A stretch of DNA of 63,372 bases, filler included, from Reclinomonas americana ATCC 50394 (taxonomy: Eukaryota), in assembly GCA_048213135.1 (NCBI GenBank). It is 29 parts of 29 records of this genome, joined end to end, with 100 filler letters (N's around TTAATTAATTAA, not from the genome) between each part and the next. Parts side by side here need not be neighbours in the genome. Positions count along the whole stretch, not along the records: positions 58,296 to 60,303 come from AFZH01024774.1; positions 60,404 to 61,868 come from AFZH01024775.1; positions 61,969 to 63,372 come from AFZH01024776.1; 26 more parts are not named here. One strand, 5' to 3'. Below the pieces are notes generated by a model that worked only from the letters and a program-made list of their open reading frames with translations, did no database searches and was not told the DNA's origin. The translations under genes and the position numbers were made by a program. Position 1 is the first letter of the stretch, and every line of letters starts with the position of its first letter. Shown piece after piece: positions 58,296 through 63,372 of this stretch.

Positions 58296-59118
58296 GTGGC
58301 CCCACACGTTCGCTCTCCAGCTCGAGTTCGCGCGGTTGCTGCCGGACTTCCACGTCGTGGTTCCGAGCCTCCCGGGGTTCGGCTTCTCCGCGCCGTTCGA
58401 CGGCACGCTGACCGAGCGCGTCATGGCCGAACTCATGCACACGCTCATGACGGACGTGCTGGGGTATCAGCACTACCTCACCTACGGCGAAGACGTCACC
58501 GCCAACGTGAGCGACCTCATCGCCGCGAGCCACCCGGAGGCGGTGCAGGGGATACTCGCGACCCACGCGCACTTCGGCACCTCGGAGGAACGCGACGCTC
58601 TGGAGGAACCGGTGGCGCGAGCGTTCTTCGACGCACTCGCCGCCCGTGGCGGGCCGGACGGCGCCTACGGGCACATCCAGGCGACGCGCCCCGACACGCT
58701 CGCCGTCGGGCTCAACGATTCTCCCGCCGGCCTGCTCGCATGGCTCACCGAGAAGCTCGTCGAGTGGAGCGACACGCCCACCGCGCAGCCGGAGCTGGTC
58801 GAGCGGCGGATCTCGCGCGACCGGATCCTCACCGAGGCGACGATCTACTGGGCGACCCAGAGCATCGCGACATCGTTTCGCCCCTACTTCGACGGCGGTG
58901 ACGATGAGCGGATTCCCCCGGTCGAGGTGCCGGCGGCTGTCGCGATCCAGACGCACGAACACGACTACCCGGAGAGCGTCGCCCGCGCGTACTATCGCGA
59001 CCTTCGCTCCTTCGATCGGATGCCGGAGGGAGGGCACTTCGCTGTCGCCGAAGTCCCGCAGGCGATGGCGGAGCGGATGCGCGCCTTCGCGCGCGGGCTC
59101 GGGCTACTCGCGGTGTGA
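58296..59118 (+). CDS. Epoxide hydrolase (microsomal-type alpha/beta hydrolase), partial
   Basis: WP..., FHVVVPSLPGFGFS, GED nucleophile, TRPDTL..GLNDSPAGLLAW..EK, GGHFA. Confidence 0.9.
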
Positions 59119-59134
59119 TGTCAGGAGGCGCGGA

Positions 59135-59767
59135 TCAGCTCAGGGCAGCATCCGCGACGAGTTCCGCGATGAGCAGCTCGTCGGTTCCGTCGCCCCAATC
59201 CCGGTGGCGCCGCATCGTGAAGCCGTAGCTCCCGAAGGTCTCGGCGAGGCGCGTGGTGCTCGAGTAGGGCTCGTGGTCGCGGTCATAGGGCCTGTCGGCC
59301 GTGGAGGCCTCGGGAGCGCCGTGTCCGGACGTGTCGATCTTGCGGAAGGTCGCGGTGACGAGACGCCCGCCGGGCCGCAGAAGCCGGCGCCACTCCGCGG
59401 CCGCTCCGGCGACCTCGGGAATGATGTGCAGCGCTGTCACGCAGGTGATCAGGTCGACGGATCCCGAGGGGAGCGGGATCGCGGAGGCTTCCGCCTCGAT
59501 CCACCGGGCTTGCGGCAGGTGCGACCGTGCGATGTCCAGCATCCCGGCGGAGATGTCGACGCCGATGAGGTGCGGATCGGCGGCCCTCGACGCGATCTCC
59601 CGGAGCACGAGACCGGTGCCGGTGGCGACATCCAGAACGACGTCCGCCTCGGACAGGTCGAGGAACTCGGCCGTCGCCGCGGCGACCGAGCGATGCATCG
59701 CGCTCTCGTCGTAGCGGGAGGCACGCGCGTCGAAGGCGTCGCTGATCAGGCGCAGCGGGTCCTGCAT
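59135..59767 (-). CDS. Class I SAM-dependent methyltransferase
   Basis: VLDVATGTG, GVDISAGML, RLLRPGGRL. Confidence 0.92.
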   Translation of the reverse strand: MQDPLRLISDAFDARASRYDESAMHRSVAAATAEFLDLSEADVVLDVATGTGLVLREIASRAADPHLIGVDISAGMLDIARSHLPQARWIEAEASAIPLPSGSVDLITCVTALHIIPEVAGAAAEWRRLLRPGGRLVTATFRKIDTSGHGAPEASTADRPYDRDHEPYSSTTRLAETFGSYGFTMRRHRDWGDGTDELLIAELVADAALS

Positions 59768-59774
59768 GCGTGTC

Positions 59775-60303
59775 TCAGGCCTCGAGGCCGCGACGCGTCA
59801 GCAGCGGCCCGATCTCGGCGTCGCGGCCGCGGAAGTCGCGGTACGCCTCGAGGGGGTCCTTCGTACCTCCCACACCCAGGAGCCGGTCGCGGAAGCGGTC
59901 ACCGTTCTCGCGGGTCAGGCCACCGTTCTCGCGGAACCACTCGACGGCGTCGGCGTCGAGCACCTCGCTCCAGATGTACGAGTAGTACCCCGCGCTGTAT
60001 CCGCCCGAGAAGACGTGCGCGAAGTACGTGGACGAGTAGCGGGTGGGAACCACCGGGTCGTCGAGACCGATGTCGGCGAGCGCCGCCGCTTCGAAGGCCG
60101 CGACGTCGTCGATCTCGGTCGCGGTCCCGATCCGGTGCCACGCCTGATCGAGCCATGCGGCGGCCAGGTACTCACTGGTCGCGTGTCCCTGGTCGAACGT
60201 CTCGGTGGCCAGGAGACGCTCGACGATCGCGGGATCCAGCGGCTCCCCGGTCTCGTGGTGCCGCGCGTAGTTGTCGAGGACCTCGGGCCACAGGATCCAC
60301 ATC
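59775..60303 (-). CDS. dcp: M3 metallopeptidase (peptidyl-dipeptidase Dcp-like), C-terminal part
   Basis: HHETGEPL, RYSSTYFAHVFSGGYSAGYYSYIWSEVLDAD, YRDFRGRD. Confidence 0.9.
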
Positions 60304-60403
60304 NNNNNNNNNNNNNNNNNNNNNNNNNNNNNNNNNNNNNNNNNNNNTTAATTAATTAANNNNNNNNNNNNNNNNNNNNNNNNNNNNNNNNNNNNNNNNN
60401 NNN

Positions 60404-61836
60404 GCCGCGCCTCCGCAGGCACGGTGGGAACCTTGCGAGCGAACTCACGCAGCAGCACCTCAATGTTCGAGTTGCGCGGCACAATCATCTTGACCTTTTG
60501 CTGCGCGCGCGCAAAAAAAGAAGGAAACTTGTCGTCAGCGCTCTGAGTTCTTATCTCACGAACAACAGGGACGCCAAACCTGCTCCTCCACTCGGCTGTC
60601 AAAGTACCGCAGCGTGACCTCCTTCTTGTTCTCAATGTCGGCCACCGACGAATCGAGTGCCTCGTAGTACAGCGTGTCGCTCCAGGCGTTGGCAAAGAAC
60701 AGCATGTCGCGCAGTGTCCTGGCGTCGGTGGTCTTGATGGCCGACTGACGCGGGGCATCGAGGTACGTCGAGTGCGCCGTCAACCGAATGCAGTCGGCGC
60801 CGTGGCTGATGCGGCTACCAATTGCCTCGACCACGTCTTGGTACGACATGTTCTTCATCAACTCCAGCGTGAAGCACACCTCCTTCGGCTCCTCCAGCTT
60901 GCACACCTTGACGGCGCATCGATTTACGACGTAGTTGAAGTAGTCGGACAGCAGCGGTCGCTCGACACTGCACCAACAATGGGCGTGAGAAAGCCCGCCA
61001 ATCAAGAACAGAGACGAGGAAGTAGGAAAAACACAAACCCCTCAGGCACCGGCTTGGTCTGGAAGACCAGAATGTCGCCGTGCGCCAGACGGAGATCGCG
61101 CACAGAAATCGAGGACTCGAGGGCGAGCACTCGTGTGGCGGTTTCCTGCATCACAATGGTAAATAACTTATGAAACGACCTCAACACAACACAACACACA
61201 AACCTCAAAGCACAAGAACTGCGTCTCCTCTGGCATGCCGGCGATTCGCGAGAAGATGCGACTGACACCCTCGCCAATGAGCTCGCCCTGCGGCACACAG
61301 GCGTGGCCGACAAAGCTGCAAAACACACACACACACACAGGAAAATGTGAATTCAAACTGTTGTGTGAGCACACACAGAGCGAGTGACAAAGACGCAACT
61401 TCAACTCCTCCTTGATGGGATCGTAGAGCTTGAAGAGCAGCAGCGGATCGACCAGAGCACCAGCGTACCCCCGCATCGCAACACCGCCGGCATCGGCGGC
61501 ACCAGCGGCCGCCGCTGCACCCTCCTCACCAATGTCCTCGACAAAGATCGACACACGCTCTGGCGTGTAGGCGTAGCCACGCAGGGCAAACGCCGTCTCG
61601 ACGAGCGCTTCGCCGTGCTGTGTGATCATCTGCTCCGGTCGGAACACGTTCTGCCGGTTGTAGAAGCGCCACAGGCGCTGGCGCTCGGCGGGAATGCCCC
61701 ACAGCGTCGCAACCTCGGCCTTGAACTCGTTCAACGTCGACGCCTTCTTCACACGCACAATCGACGTGGCCTCCTCGTCGTCCTCACTTATCAGGCCGAA
61801 TCCCTTGCGTGTGCGCAGAGTCTCGTCGCGTGCGAC
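60404..61836 (-). CDS. USP7: USP7 homolog, UBL-repeat region (continuation across linker)
   Basis: IPAERQRLW, LLLFKLYDP, LAHGDILVFQ, FTLELMKNMSYQDVVEAIG, LYYEALD. Confidence 0.8.
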
Positions 61837-62021
61837 CTGTGACAACAACAAAAAAAAAGAGTGAGTCANNNNNNNNNNNNNNNNNNNNNNNNNNNNNNNN
61901 NNNNNNNNNNNNTTAATTAATTAANNNNNNNNNNNNNNNNNNNNNNNNNNNNNNNNNNNNNNNNNNNNGTGCACACACGTTTTTTTTCTTTTCGACAGAG
62001 GAGACATCTGCATGCACAAAC

Positions 62022-63360
62022 CTTGTACATGTTGTCGAACTCGAAGTTGTACTCGAAGCGCTTGAGCTGGAGCATGAGCACCGGCGGCAGCGACAAGAAC
62101 TTGACGCCCTTCTTGGCGTCCTGCTTGCCGTGACCCTCGGCCTCGTACTGGTTGTCGCCCTCGAGTGTCTCCTCCTCGGTGTACTTGTCGAACGAGTCGA
62201 TAATGTTCTTGCAGCCCTTCACGACCAGCGAGATGTCGAAAAAGGCCTCCTCACGTGACGACTCGTACTCGACGTTCACACACTTGATGTAGCTCTTCAT
62301 ACGTCCGCCAAACATCGTGCTCATGGTGCCCTCTTGCGGCGTTCCCTGCATTTCACGAGAATGAGAAAATGAACAAACAAACAAACTGGCACAAGCCGAC
62401 AGACCTTCATCTTCTCGTCGAGATTGTCGGTTAACACACGCAGCAGCTCCTGCACGTCGTGTTGCACAAAGGCATCCATGGCGCCCCAGCCGAACGACTT
62501 GGTCAGTGCCTTGGTGGAGACGGCGTCGGGCGAGAACTGCAACTGCCAGAAGAGGCGTTGGAGGGCGAGTGGAATGTTTCGCGACGTGTCCTCCATTTCT
62601 TGCATCTCCATGTGGTAGACGGCTCGTCGGAAGTGCGGCACGTGGTACAGCGTCTGCAGCAGCGAGTTCATGTAGCACGTGGCACCCTGGTTGCGCAGAC
62701 CCACAAAGCCCGTCTCCTTGCGGCAATCGTAGCTGCGCCGAGCAAAAGTGGTCAATGAGGCGACAGAAGAAAACAAGTGTGTGTGCGTGCGTCTGCGCTC
62801 ATACCCGTAGAACGCCCAGCCGGAGAACTGGTCCTTCTTCACCTCAATACGCGCCTCGATGAGGAACGTGTCGTTGACGAGGCTGCATGCAGAAACTCGA
62901 CGAGTGAGCCACACGGCACACGGCACACAAACACGTGTCATCTCTCGCGGGGCACGCAACTAGCCGTCGGCCTCGCCGAGCTTGGCAATGTGCAGGAATT
63001 GGCGGAATCCCCAGTCGGGCTCCTGCTTGTTGAAGCGCTTGCGTGCCTCTGCGCACCACCGTGTTGTGAGACAAAAAGGGAAAAACAATACTGCGGCGGC
63101 GGAGAAATACTGAGTGCGAGACGCACCCTGGAAGCGCGACTTGCGCATGTCCTTCTGATTCACCACGCCCAGACGGAACTCGGCGTACCGTGTCCAGTTG
63201 AGGCTGCATGGGGGGACACTCAGCGAAAAAATGGACACGGAAGCTCAAAAAAAGGAGAGGATGAGCGCAGACGCACCGCTGTGTGGCCACATCGGCGCAG
63301 TCCAGGTACACCGACACCTCCTTGTCTTGCTGGTTGCCCTTGGGGAAGATCAGAAGTCGC
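62022..63360 (-). CDS. USP7: USP7 homolog, MATH domain + catalytic Cys box
   Basis: [75 protein letters not shown]. Confidence 0.95.
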
Positions 63361-63372
63361 CTGCGCGGGGGA

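Noticed and set aside
62960..62962. In-frame TAG in USP7 (GEADG*) as stop-codon recoding or pseudogene
   Set aside because: TA|GTTGCG is a phase-2 splice donor; splicing restores GY-LVND.

Overview
This window is not one locus. It is a concatenation of 29 short contigs (about 1.1-3 kb) joined by artificial 100-bp N44-TTAATTAATTAA-N44 linkers, so ORFs running into X...LIN are artefacts. About two thirds is an intron-rich, microsatellite-rich, gene-dense eukaryote, probably a protist (inference). Hand-spliced genes include a huntingtin-like protein with no polyQ/polyP tract, a KNL2/Mis18BP1-like centromere protein (SANTA, CENPC-k, SANT), USP7, UTP14, uricase, mitochondrial L24, HERC-type HECT ligase fragments, PITH, PQ-loop, F-box and SDR proteins, an ependymin-like secreted protein, a giant GCC2/GCC3 Cys-repeat protein and an unrecognised Cys-Pro-Gly repeat membrane protein. 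Three eukaryotic contigs occur twice as near-identical alleles. One lower-GC contig holds the 3' half of a decayed Ty1/copia element. The rest is bacterial: high-GC actinobacterial-looking fragments (glycosyltransferase, MFS, CMD, LacI/ABC/nucleoside hydrolase, GH3 pair, epoxide hydrolase, Dcp) and alphaproteobacterial-looking fragments (nreAB/HupE metal cluster; flgE-flgK with a sigma54 promoter). All family calls come from motif recognition and recalled sequences; no database search was run. No CRISPR array, rRNA or tRNA was seen.
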